A stretch of 64,000 nt of DNA from Candidatus Albibeggiatoa sp. nov. NOAA (GTDB lineage Bacteria > Pseudomonadota > Gammaproteobacteria > Beggiatoales > Beggiatoaceae): assembly GCF_025800385.1 (NCBI RefSeq), contig NZ_JAOXRS010000223.1; one strand, given 5' to 3'. Shown piece after piece: positions 19,312-28,435 of the stretch. The position numbers were made by a program, and so were the translations under genes. Numbering within the stretch: position 1 is the stretch's first letter; each line of letters opens with the position of its first letter. The notes under the pieces are model-generated. The model was not told the origin of the DNA and ran no database searches. It saw only the letters and a program-made list of their open reading frames with translations.

Positions 19312-19351
19312 AAATACAGTGTGTTACAAATATTTGCAGCACACTGTATTT
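19312..19351. terminator. Bidirectional terminator-like hairpin between convergent genes
   Basis: Perfect 12-bp inverted repeat aaatacagtgtg...cacactgtattt with a 16-nt loop and A/T tracts on both sides. Lies between the DUF4124 (+) and DUF4340 (-) genes. Confidence 0.5.
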
Positions 19352-19358
19352 AAATAGA

Positions 19359-20567
19359 TTACTGAGCAGTATTACCTAAGATTTCTTGTAAACTAGGCAA
19401 TTCAGGTTGTGGTTGTGTATTGGTAGATAAATTACTTAGCGCATCCTCTAATGAAAATATAGGTTGCTCACTAGACCCTGTTGCTATGGGTGATTCTTCT
19501 TCCTCAATTTTGTATAAGTCAGTAGGTTGTTTAAATAAGTAGTTGGCTTTATAGCGTGGTAATTCATATACCCACGAAGCAAGCTTTTCATTCAACTCAG
19601 CCACTTCCTGTTGTACTTCTACAGGTGATTTTAAACTTGGTGCTTCTTGACCCTCTACCACTTCAACAGCTGTTGGCTCAACATAAGCAGCCGCAAATTT
19701 CGCATAATACACATCATTTTGCTTCACTAAATTCAAAGTGACTTGTAAACCATCATAAGCAGTGAATACAATCTCACGCCCAACAACTTCAGCCCCTAAT
19801 GAATCTGAAACACTTACATCTTCCATGTTTAAATTGGCTAAGAAGTGTGCAATTTGATTAATCGAATAGCTAGAACTAATCATGGCTTTTTCAGGTAAGT
19901 TGGCCATTTGATAATCATTATCTGAGGGCTGCTGTTTAAATATACGAACCAATTCCGCACCGTTTTCACTAATGACCGCTTCACGAATACGATTGCCTTC
20001 CACATTAATAATGATTTTTTCTAGCCAATCTTTAGACGTTTTTTCCAAGTTTAATAAGCCTTCAACCGCCCAAGATTGTGCTTCATCAGGTTTACGTACA
20101 TAAATTTCACGCAATGTATTATCGCTACGTGCAATACGATCATAGCCAACAATTAAGCTGCTAACCACCGTATCACCTTGCTTTAAGGTCAATAAAGTAG
20201 AATCACTGTTTTCTTCGGTCACATCTTGCACACCCAATTTTGCATAATTCTCTGGCTTTTGGGTTTTTGGCTCTAATATCGCTAAGCTGGCTACGCCAAG
20301 CAATACATTTCGCACATTTTCTTCTTTGACAGGATAGCCTTGTTTTTCTGCTAAACCCCATTGCTCAGAAGCAAACTGTACAGTAAATTTCTCACTATTA
20401 TTAGTCACTTCAATGTTATCCACATCGTTTAACTTATCCATTAAGTTTGGAAAAAGTTTGTCTGGCGTGCTTTGTTCAGGGCTGGTTGTTTGTGTATTTA
20501 GCTCAACCACAATGCCCACTGCGATCAGTGCAATCACTGCCAATAACATTAGCTTTTTCGGCTGCAT
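19359..20567 (-). CDS. DUF4340 domain-containing protein (N-terminally membrane-anchored)
   Basis: N-terminal TM anchor, then LFPNL...IEV....FTV......WGLAEKQGYPV.EENVRNVL, the pattern typical of DUF4340. Confidence 0.55.
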   Translation of the reverse strand: MQPKKLMLLAVIALIAVGIVVELNTQTTSPEQSTPDKLFPNLMDKLNDVDNIEVTNNSEKFTVQFASEQWGLAEKQGYPVKEENVRNVLLGVASLAILEPKTQKPENYAKLGVQDVTEENSDSTLLTLKQGDTVVSSLIVGYDRIARSDNTLREIYVRKPDEAQSWAVEGLLNLEKTSKDWLEKIIINVEGNRIREAVISENGAELVRIFKQQPSDNDYQMANLPEKAMISSSYSINQIAHFLANLNMEDVSVSDSLGAEVVGREIVFTAYDGLQVTLNLVKQNDVYYAKFAAAYVEPTAVEVVEGQEAPSLKSPVEVQQEVAELNEKLASWVYELPRYKANYLFKQPTDLYKIEEEESPIATGSSEQPIFSLEDALSNLSTNTQPQPELPSLQEILGNTAQ

Positions 20568-20842
20568 AAAATCTCCTTTATCATGCTGTAGATAAAAACC
20601 CCTTTTTAACTATGCTCTATCTATAATTTTTCAAGCCTTAAATCCCGATTTTTCAACATTAGCCGTTTTTTTTTGAATATCAACATAAACAATAAGTTTC
20701 ATCATTATGTTACCTAAATGTGTTAGATTAAATGATGCAAGCGCACAATTTTTTTAAAATGCACATGGTTTTTTATATCAAATGCCTTTAGAATATTGTG
20801 CGCTATTCCAAACAGTTTTTTAATCCGTTACTGGAAATTTAT

Positions 20843-21391
20843 ATGAATTTAGATAGAGTTGCACCGGGTAAAAATATACCTGAAGAAATCAATGTTATTA
20901 TTGAAATTCCTGCACATAGCGATCCTGTGAAGTATGAAGTAGACAAAGAAACAGGTGCGATGTTTGTAGACCGTTTCATGAATGTTGCAATGCACTATCC
21001 TTGTAACTATGGCTATGTTCCTCACACTTTGTCAGAAGATGGCGACCCTGTAGACGTATTAGTTATCACACCTATTCCTGTTATCAGTGGTGCGGTGATT
21101 AAATGTCGTCCATTAGCGTTATTACGCATGGAAGACGAATCAGGCCCTGACGCAAAAGTACTTGCAGTGCCAGTTGACAAATTGTCTACTTTATATCGTC
21201 AAACCAACGATATTAACGACATTCGCCCTGAATTATTACAACAAATCGCTCACTTCTTTGAACACTACAAAGATTTAGAAAACAACAAGTGGGTTAAAAT
21301 CAGTGGTTGGGCTGACGTTGCAGAAGCAAAACAAGAAATTATGGATTCTGTAGAACGCTTCAACGAAACAAAAGACAAACCACACTTCTAA
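20843..21391 (+). CDS. ppa: Inorganic pyrophosphatase (family I)
   Basis: [49 protein letters not shown]. The ATG at 20843 gives the canonical roughly 180-aa protein. The track start at 20798 is a non-ATG extension. Confidence 0.95.
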   Translation: MNLDRVAPGKNIPEEINVIIEIPAHSDPVKYEVDKETGAMFVDRFMNVAMHYPCNYGYVPHTLSEDGDPVDVLVITPIPVISGAVIKCRPLALLRMEDESGPDAKVLAVPVDKLSTLYRQTNDINDIRPELLQQIAHFFEHYKDLENNKWVKISGWADVAEAKQEIMDSVERFNETKDKPHF

Positions 21392-21409
21392 GTCGGTTTG
21401 ATTGAAAAG

Positions 21410-21446
21410 AGCCTGCTAAGTCATTGCGATTTAGCAGGCTTTTTTA
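21410..21446 (+). terminator. Rho-independent terminator of ppa (probably bidirectional with speE)
   Basis: 10-bp stem agcctgctaa/ttagcaggct, 11-nt loop, then TTTTTT. An A-rich tract lies upstream for the convergent speE. Confidence 0.8.
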
Positions 21447-21462
21447 TGCTTAAGAGAAAAGA

Positions 21463-22314
21463 CTATTCAGGTAAGGCTTGCTGTAAGAAATTAGGCAAAG
21501 CAAAACTAGCTTCATGTACCGCTGCATTATAATATAAGGCTTCAAAATTTAGATTTTCTGCATCTTCACGACGGAACTGGGTTAAATCACCTTGTCCTGC
21601 AATCGTGCCTGTCCACCAGCCTGAAGGATAAGACATTACATAAAATTGTAAGCTGCGTGTGGTTGCAAAGCCCGCTTCACGCTGTGCATTATGAATCGAT
21701 TGCAATAATTCTAAATGGATTAAAGGTGACTCACTTTGTTGAATCAATAAACCTTGCTCACCCAATACACGACGGCATTGTTGATAAAATGGAACATTAA
21801 ACAAGCCTTCTCCTGGACCTATTGGATCAGTACTATCAACAATTACAATATCAACACTATTATCTGCTGCATCTTGCATCCATTTAATCCCATCATCAAA
21901 TAATAAAGTCGCTCGCGGATCATCATTTGATTCACATAACTCTGGGAAGTATTTTTCAGAGGCTCGTGTCACTGCTTCATCAATATCCACTTGAATGACT
22001 TTTTCTACATTAGAGTGCTTTAATATCTCACGCAAAGTGCCACAATCGCCGCCGCCAATAATCACCACATTTTTAGGATTTGGATGCGCGAATAAAACAG
22101 GATGCGCCATCATTTCGTGATAAACAAAGTTATCGCGAGAGGTGAGCATAGTAAACCCATCAATCACCATTAAGTTGCCAAATTTCTCAGTTTCATAAAC
22201 TTCTACTTTTTGAAAAGGACTTTGTTCTTCATGCAGCTTACGTTTAATTTTAAGTGAAAATGCTGAATCCGCTTCATCATCAATTTCAGAAAACCAGCTT
22301 GTATCTAATGCCAT
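21463..22314 (-). CDS. speE: Spermidine synthase (polyamine aminopropyltransferase)
   Basis: QSPFQKVEVYETEKFGNLMVIDG, YHEMMAHP, VVIIGGGDCGTLRE, VDSTDPIGPGEGLF. Likely start is MALDTSWF at 22314. The track ORF extends to 22392. Confidence 0.9.
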   Translation of the reverse strand: MALDTSWFSEIDDEADSAFSLKIKRKLHEEQSPFQKVEVYETEKFGNLMVIDGFTMLTSRDNFVYHEMMAHPVLFAHPNPKNVVIIGGGDCGTLREILKHSNVEKVIQVDIDEAVTRASEKYFPELCESNDDPRATLLFDDGIKWMQDAADNSVDIVIVDSTDPIGPGEGLFNVPFYQQCRRVLGEQGLLIQQSESPLIHLELLQSIHNAQREAGFATTRSLQFYVMSYPSGWWTGTIAGQGDLTQFRREDAENLNFEALYYNAAVHEASFALPNFLQQALPE

Positions 22315-22455
22315 TACGAAATGCCTTTGCAGGAGAAAAGTGGCGCTTATTATAAAACTTGAATCAATATTGCTAAAGGTGTTGCTTGCCAATATTTTTA
22401 AATAAAAGTATGCTTGATATACATTTTAATGTTTTATGTCAAAAAGGAACATGCA

Positions 22456-24951
22456 ATGAAATACGAGTTGACCAACCCGTTTGCAGTGACCCTAAAGCAT
22501 TGGCTGGCTTGGCTGATGCTGTTTATATTAATGTTTGCTTTCAACGTCCGTGCTGACAACCATTCGATAGAATTATGCACAACATTAGATGGCTCAGAAA
22601 GTATTATTCCTAGTGATTTTCAGGTGCAATTAGATGGCTTATCTCAAGCGTTGCGCGATCCTGCTGTTGTTCCACAAGATGGCAGTGTGACCATTTCAAT
22701 TGTCCATTTTGCTACTGAAGCACGGGTTGAGGTTACACCGACGGTGATTACCAGTGCCGAAGTTGCAAACCAAGTGGCTGAGCAAGTGACTAATATTAAA
22801 CAAGAAGGCTTAGGCGAATTCACAGGTATTGCACAAGCGATTGATTTATGTGCACAACAATTTAGTTATACTGCTGAAAAACAAGTGATTGATATTGTAA
22901 CAGATGGCGAGCACAACCAAGATGGCGATCCAATTGTCAGTGCTGATAATGCTATTGCGAAAGGTGTAGATGCGATTAACTCGTTAGGGGTTGGTACACA
23001 AATCGATGCCACTAAATTACGTGCGATGGTACGTCCTCAACCTGCCAGTGCAAACTTATCTCAAGATGGTTTCTTTTTCCAAATCTCAAACCACAGTCTT
23101 TTCGTTGACGCGATTCGTGCCAAAATTTCTGCTGAAACAGGTCAAACTGTTGATTCTTACCCTTCTTCTATGGTGAGTTTAGGCGGTGGTTTATGCTTAG
23201 CTTCTAGTAATGATGCTGTACAAATTCAAACATGTAACGGTAATCCAAATCAACAATGGGTCTTGGTGGGTAATCGTTTTGTGAATCCAGCAGGTCAATG
23301 TTTAACCAGTGTAGAAGATGGTCGTTTAGTGGTAACTGCTTGTAATGGTGGTGCAAGTCAAACATGGTCTTTACAAGGTAACCAGTTGATTAATGGTGTA
23401 GGTCAATGTTTAGATGTACCTGAAGCAGAACAATTTACGCATGGCGGCAGAGTGCAAACTTCTGAATGTAACAGCAATACAAATCAAACTTGGCAATTAA
23501 GTGGTACAGCATTATTAAATGGCACAGGTCGTTGTTTAGATATTCCAAACTGGGATGAAAATGGCAAAATTACTTATACATGGGATTGTCACGCAGGCCA
23601 AAACCAACGCTGGATTTTAAATGGTTCTCGTTTGGTGAATGATTATGGTCGTTGTTTAGATATTCATGCGCCAGATGCCAATACCAATGGCGGTCAATCA
23701 CAAATTTGGGATTGTATCGATGATGCGGAAAACCAAAGCTGGGCATTGAATGACACCAATGAATTAGTAAATGGTACAGGTAAATGCTTAGATGTTGATT
23801 TAACTCAGGCCAATGCTAATGGCGCGAAAGTACAAAACTGGGATTGTAACGGCCAAACTAACCAAGAATGGCAGTTCTTATTTATCAATAATTACAATGG
23901 TAACTTAAATGGCTTTGTAAGAAATGCTGTGGACTTTTCTGGCTTAAGTGCTGTAAATATCGATGTTAAGGCAAATACCGTTCTCACTTCTAACAATATC
24001 ACAACAGGTGATGGTAGTTATAACGTTGGCAATGTACCGACTAAGCAAAGTGTGGTCGCTGAGTTTACAAGAGAAGGCTACATTCCTGCGACGTATAATG
24101 ATATTAATATCCAATTTGGTGATAGTTTAGCGTTAGACCAAGTGTTGTTAATTCCAGAGCAATACGCAGGTACAGGTACAATGACTGGCTTAGCAATCAA
24201 TGGTATCACAGGTGGTGGTTTAGCGGACGTGACTTTACGCTTACGTGAAGGGATGAATACACAAACAGGTGATATTGTCGTTGAAACGGTTAGTACCGAT
24301 GATGGTTCATATCAGTTACAAACCAATGGTGGTAACTATACACTAGAAGCATCTAAACTTGGCTTCGTGACCAGTTATACGAATGTGGTTGTATTAGGCG
24401 GCGAGACCCGTCCTGAGCAGAATGTAACGTTAGTGCCAATTTTAGGCAGTGGTGAAGTGCGTGCAGTGTTAACATGGGGTAGAACACCATTGGACTTAGA
24501 TGCGCATGTTACAGGCCCTCTAGCGAATGATGAGCGTTTCCATGTATTCTGGCCAACTATTTCACGTGGTAGCTTAGATACAACACCTTTTGCACAATTG
24601 GATGTTGATGATGTACTGAGTTATGGGCCTGAAACAATCACATTAGCACAAACTAATTTAGCAGGTGTATATCGCTACTCTGTGCATGATTATACTAATC
24701 GTGCTGCAAGTGGTAACAATGGCTTAGCGAAATCAGGTGCACAAGTGAATATCTATAATGAATTTGGTTTGATTGCAACTTTAAATGTGCCAAATCAAAG
24801 CGGAACGTTATGGACAGTATTCGAAATTCGTGAAGGTCAGTTACGTCTGATAAATAGCATGACAAATGAAAGCAATAGCCGTAGCATTAAGCGTGGTGCG
24901 GATACTGTGAGCACGGATTACGATGTAATTAGCCAACAGCCTAATAAATAG
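22456..24951 (+). CDS. Secreted multidomain protein: vWA (intact MIDAS) - two ricin-type beta-trefoil lectin domains - carboxypeptidase-regulatory-like Ig folds - YfaP/DUF2135-like C-terminal domain
   Basis: Signal/TM segment WLAWLMLFILMFAF. DGSES MIDAS motif plus VTDGEHN. Six QxW repeats (NQQW, SQTW, NQTW, NQRW, NQSW, NQEW). Two GxVxD....G blocks typical of CarboxypepD_reg. C-terminal LTWGRTPLDLDAHV...DVDDVLSYGPETITL. RBS aagga before the ATG at 22456. Confidence 0.8.
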   Translation: MKYELTNPFAVTLKHWLAWLMLFILMFAFNVRADNHSIELCTTLDGSESIIPSDFQVQLDGLSQALRDPAVVPQDGSVTISIVHFATEARVEVTPTVITSAEVANQVAEQVTNIKQEGLGEFTGIAQAIDLCAQQFSYTAEKQVIDIVTDGEHNQDGDPIVSADNAIAKGVDAINSLGVGTQIDATKLRAMVRPQPASANLSQDGFFFQISNHSLFVDAIRAKISAETGQTVDSYPSSMVSLGGGLCLASSNDAVQIQTCNGNPNQQWVLVGNRFVNPAGQCLTSVEDGRLVVTACNGGASQTWSLQGNQLINGVGQCLDVPEAEQFTHGGRVQTSECNSNTNQTWQLSGTALLNGTGRCLDIPNWDENGKITYTWDCHAGQNQRWILNGSRLVNDYGRCLDIHAPDANTNGGQSQIWDCIDDAENQSWALNDTNELVNGTGKCLDVDLTQANANGAKVQNWDCNGQTNQEWQFLFINNYNGNLNGFVRNAVDFSGLSAVNIDVKANTVLTSNNITTGDGSYNVGNVPTKQSVVAEFTREGYIPATYNDINIQFGDSLALDQVLLIPEQYAGTGTMTGLAINGITGGGLADVTLRLREGMNTQTGDIVVETVSTDDGSYQLQTNGGNYTLEASKLGFVTSYTNVVVLGGETRPEQNVTLVPILGSGEVRAVLTWGRTPLDLDAHVTGPLANDERFHVFWPTISRGSLDTTPFAQLDVDDVLSYGPETITLAQTNLAGVYRYSVHDYTNRAASGNNGLAKSGAQVNIYNEFGLIATLNVPNQSGTLWTVFEIREGQLRLINSMTNESNSRSIKRGADTVSTDYDVISQQPNK

Positions 24952-24975
24952 TCGTAATTTATTGATTGTGAAAAG

Positions 24976-25010
24976 GGTGTGTTTATATGGATTGTAGACA
25001 CACCTTTTTT
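24976..25010 (+). terminator. Rho-independent terminator after the vWA/ricin gene
   Basis: Stem ggtgtgt/acacacc (extendable with one bulge), 15-nt loop, followed by TTTTTT. Confidence 0.6.
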
Positions 25011-25097
25011 ATTTGTAAAATACGTCTTAAATATTTGTCATTGAAATAAATCCGCTCTTTCAGCATGATTGATTTAAAGTGAATATCAGGATTTTTT

Positions 25098-25646
25098 ATG
25101 AGTAAGCAACCGCTGGATGAAACTGATGTGCAAACGTTTCGTCAAGCTATGCAAAATCTAAAAGGTTTAAAACCCATTCAGTGCGATGTGATTAAACCTG
25201 AACCCAAAAAAGTTGCCGCTATCCCTCGTCAGCGTGAACAGGAAGTATTGAGTATTCGCGATGAAATGATGTCGGACAAATATGATCCTTATGATTTGGA
25301 AACGGGTGAAGAGCTGGTTTTTATGCGAAAGGGGGTGCAGCGTAGTGTATTACGAAAGTTACGACGTGGTCATTATAGTGTTAATGCGGAGCTAGATTTA
25401 CATGGCATGATTGTACCCGAGGCACGTGAAGCTGTGGCTTATTTTTTACATGAGTGTCAAATTAATCAATATCGCTGTGTAAGGATTGTACATGGCAAAG
25501 GTTATGGTTCTTGGAATAAATTACCCGTTTTAAAAGGCAAACTCAGTCGTTGGTTACAACAAAGAGATGAAGTGTTGGCTTTCTGTTCTGCTAGACAGTT
25601 TGATGGTGGGACGGGCGCAGTTTACGTATTGCTAAAACGCAATTAG
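25098..25646 (+). CDS. smrA: Smr/MutS2-type endonuclease domain protein (SmrA/YdaL-like)
   Basis: 182 aa. C-terminal Smr domain: ELDLHGMIVPEAREAV..FL......RCVRIVHGKG....LPVLKGKL..WL. Confidence 0.8.
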   Translation: MSKQPLDETDVQTFRQAMQNLKGLKPIQCDVIKPEPKKVAAIPRQREQEVLSIRDEMMSDKYDPYDLETGEELVFMRKGVQRSVLRKLRRGHYSVNAELDLHGMIVPEAREAVAYFLHECQINQYRCVRIVHGKGYGSWNKLPVLKGKLSRWLQQRDEVLAFCSARQFDGGTGAVYVLLKRN

Positions 25647-25708
25647 CCAAAGACAATTTTACAATCATCTCTGGCTAATGGTATCAACTTAGATTAGCTA
25701 AGCGGATA

Positions 25709-26104
25709 TTATTCAGCTTTTTCTTCAGCTTTAGGAGGTACTGGCGCACCATAAGGAGCTGGTGGGTAAGGGTAGCCATAAGCACCGTAACCTGGGTAGC
25801 CATAGTTGCCGCCATAAGGATAGCCGCCGTAACCTGGGTAGCCATAACCGTTGTAACCATAGCCGTTGCCATAACCGTTACCACGACCACTACCACGGAT
25901 ACCGAAGTTCATGTCGAAGTTACCGTCACCAAAACCAGAACCGTCGAAAGGACCCCAGTTGTTGTAACCGTTACCATAACCAGGACCGCCCCAAGGACCA
26001 CCCCAACCATTACCAGGACCCCAACCCCACCATGCTTGAGCTGGTGTAGCAACTGTAGCAGCACCGATAACTGCTGATAAAGCTAAAACTTTTGCAAATT
26101 TCAT
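25709..26104 (-). CDS. Secreted Gly/Tyr-rich protein, sulfur-globule envelope protein (Sgp)-like
   Basis: Signal peptide [24 protein letters not shown], then [28 protein letters not shown]...[37 protein letters not shown]... and a Pro/Ala/Glu tail. Composition and layout resemble SgpA/SgpB-type proteins. The RBS aaggag sits 6 nt before the ATG at 26104. The track start at 26110 abuts the RBS. Confidence 0.55.
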   Translation of the reverse strand: MKFAKVLALSAVIGAATVATPAQAWWGWGPGNGWGGPWGGPGYGNGYNNWGPFDGSGFGDGNFDMNFGIRGSGRGNGYGNGYGYNGYGYPGYGGYPYGGNYGYPGYGAYGYPYPPAPYGAPVPPKAEEKAE

Positions 26105-26207
26105 AATCATCTCCTTTGTCAGGATTTGTTTGGATTAAGACTAAATTTATTTTGTAGTCGTCTACTCAGAATCCCTTCTTGCTGTGTTTAGCAGCAAACT
26201 CAAATAT

Positions 26208-26236
26208 AGAATACTATGTTATTTGAATATTAGCAA
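26208..26236 (-). promoter_or_regulatory. Candidate sigma70 promoter for the Sgp-like gene
   Basis: On the minus strand, TTGCTA, 17 nt, TATTCT, about 100 nt upstream of the start codon. Pattern match only, in a very AT-rich region. Confidence 0.25.
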
Positions 26237-26807
26237 CTACTAATATGCCGATTTTTTATAAAAATTTTATATCATAGATAATAATAACTTAAGAAAATGG
26301 CATGATTAAGCTAAAGGGCAACCTTATACATAAATGGTCTAAACTGTATAAAGATTTAATTATTCAATGGCTTGTGTAAAATTTGCAATATCAAATTAGC
26401 ATAATATTCTAATAAACATCTTACTTCGAAATGGTTTTAATCTCAATTACTTCTTTTTAATTTTTTACAAAGTGATATGTTACCGTATAAATCAAATAGA
26501 TAATACGCGGCAGAATATTTAATTAAATGACAAAAATAAAAAACAGTATATTTATAATATTGGATAATGGTATGAAGTTGTATATTGAAACGATGTTTTT
26601 TGACAGGAGTATGACAAGTGCAATTGCTACGACACAATTTATCTATAAAGAAAAAACTATAGATATATTGTATTATTTTGATAATAAGAGACTTATAGCA
26701 ATATATTGGTCTCATTGTTCACTCCCTGCTAAAGCTTTAAACCTCGATGAACGGTAGGAATCAACGTATTAACAGGAAGTCTAACATAGTTTAAATGGTG
26801 TGGCTAT

Positions 26808-28106
26808 CTAAAATCGCATACTCCAGCCAATTTCGATTTCCCATTGATCCATCTCGATTGAGCCTGTTTGTGGACCTGTATTTGGGTTCTGGCCATACAT
26901 GGTTTCATTTGGTACGTAGCAAGCGGCTAAGCTGATTTCTTGATTTTCGCCTAGTTTACGCGTAAAACCACCTGTGATATGGCGTTTGACCACAGCAGGT
27001 GCGAGAACGTTAAATAAAGATTGTTCACTTGGGAATGTGGTGCTTGCATAGCTATAACCTGCTCTAAATGTCCAGTCATGGTTATATTCCCACTGTAAAC
27101 CAAACTTATAAACGTTAATACTATCCCAGCCAAACCCTAAACCATCTTCTGTGCCTAATAATGTTTGTCCTGGCACAAAAGGAATCGCAGAGTTGTTTGA
27201 TACGGCATTCACTTTATCAAATTCGATACGTTGATAATTAAATGCAAACGTAAATTTTGGCGTGATCTTATAAGAGAAGCCTATGTCATAGTTTGGCGGC
27301 ACATCAAAATCACCATCTTCCGCAAATAAGCCTTTGTAGTCGTCAAATTCACTCATCCATAAGCGAGTTTGATAAGAAGCACCAAAGTTTAATCGATCAT
27401 TAACTTGCCAAAACCAACCAAAACGCAAGCCACCACCATAAGACATATCATAGCCATTGTTGGTTACATGTTCAGGATGTTTTGAGAAAGGAGTGAAAGG
27501 TTGTAACCCTTCTGCTTTAAAGCGTTGCATCGCAATTAATGGTGCAATACCTACTGAATGTTGTTCATTGATTTTATAAGAAATGGGTAAACCAATAAAC
27601 GCTTGCATTAAATCCACACCTGTTGGACTGGTTGCCAGCGTACTTGGTGCTGCGGGATTACCAAAATTTTGAAAGACAGGAGCGGGATACTCTGTATTCA
27701 TGCCACCATTTGCACCAAATGTTACACCAATTGATAAATCAGGCCTCACAAGATAATTGAATGCAAAATGTGGAATTAAGAAATAGTCATTTTCACTTTC
27801 ATAAGTGCCAACTGGAATTGATGCAGGGCCATTTGGTGGGCCAATAGGAGATGCATCATTATTTGCGGTAATACTACGAGAAGGTGCAAATAAGCCCAAA
27901 CCTACTTCCACTCTATTACCAACCAAGACTAGCGATCCTGGATTACTTGCGGTACACATTGCGCCCAATGCCATTGCCACACAAGCACCACCCATCGCCT
28001 TAGATTTTGGCCCATAGCCAAGAGACCAATAACCATTCGTTGCATAACTAAATTGCGAAAAACACAAACAGCTTGCCACAACAGCAATTAACAATTGTTT
28101 TCTCAC
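26808..28106 (-). CDS. FadL/OMPP1/TodX-family outer-membrane hydrophobic-compound transporter
   Basis: Signal peptide. N-terminal hatch motif NGYWSLGYGPKSKAMGGA. Alternating beta-strand pattern. C-terminal ...EIGWSMRF with terminal Phe. Confidence 0.85.
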   Translation of the reverse strand: MRKQLLIAVVASCLCFSQFSYATNGYWSLGYGPKSKAMGGACVAMALGAMCTASNPGSLVLVGNRVEVGLGLFAPSRSITANNDASPIGPPNGPASIPVGTYESENDYFLIPHFAFNYLVRPDLSIGVTFGANGGMNTEYPAPVFQNFGNPAAPSTLATSPTGVDLMQAFIGLPISYKINEQHSVGIAPLIAMQRFKAEGLQPFTPFSKHPEHVTNNGYDMSYGGGLRFGWFWQVNDRLNFGASYQTRLWMSEFDDYKGLFAEDGDFDVPPNYDIGFSYKITPKFTFAFNYQRIEFDKVNAVSNNSAIPFVPGQTLLGTEDGLGFGWDSINVYKFGLQWEYNHDWTFRAGYSYASTTFPSEQSLFNVLAPAVVKRHITGGFTRKLGENQEISLAACYVPNETMYGQNPNTGPQTGSIEMDQWEIEIGWSMRF

Positions 28107-28435
28107 TACTTTTCCTCCATTTCCTTTGGAATAGTAAGGTTTGTTATTATTGTAAAAAAACGATTATCTCGTTTAGTAACCCTACTATACTTAGTTTTAA
28201 CTTAATTTTTTATAAGGTGTCAAGCTATTTCTATATTTAAGCGGAAAAAAGAGGTGTTTTTTAGTAAAAAAGAATGGTATAGAAAATATTTAAGTGGTTA
28301 TTATATTGATTTATAAACAATAAATTTACAGAATGGATATGATAGCAAAAAATAGAGGATTTAGAAAAATTAACTTATGTTATTTTGCACTGCAATACAA
28401 GATAGGGATAGTTTGGCTTTTTTGATAATAGAGCG

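Noticed and set aside
25684-26049. ORFs 25684-25896 (-) and 25762-26049 (+) overlapping the Gly/Tyr-rich gene
   Set aside because: These are alternative-frame and antisense readings of the GGT/TAT/GGC-rich repeat DNA, giving poly-V/T/M or H/R/S-rich nonsense. They have no signal peptide or RBS. Only the frame at 25709-26104 has a signal peptide and RBS.
26443-26757. ORFs 26443-26715 (-) and 26527-26757 (+) in the AT-rich spacer
   Set aside because: They mutually overlap on opposite strands in roughly 75% AT DNA. Their composition is Ile/Lys/Tyr/Phe-biased, as expected from AT-rich noise. I see no RBS and recognise no family. A small real gene cannot be fully excluded.
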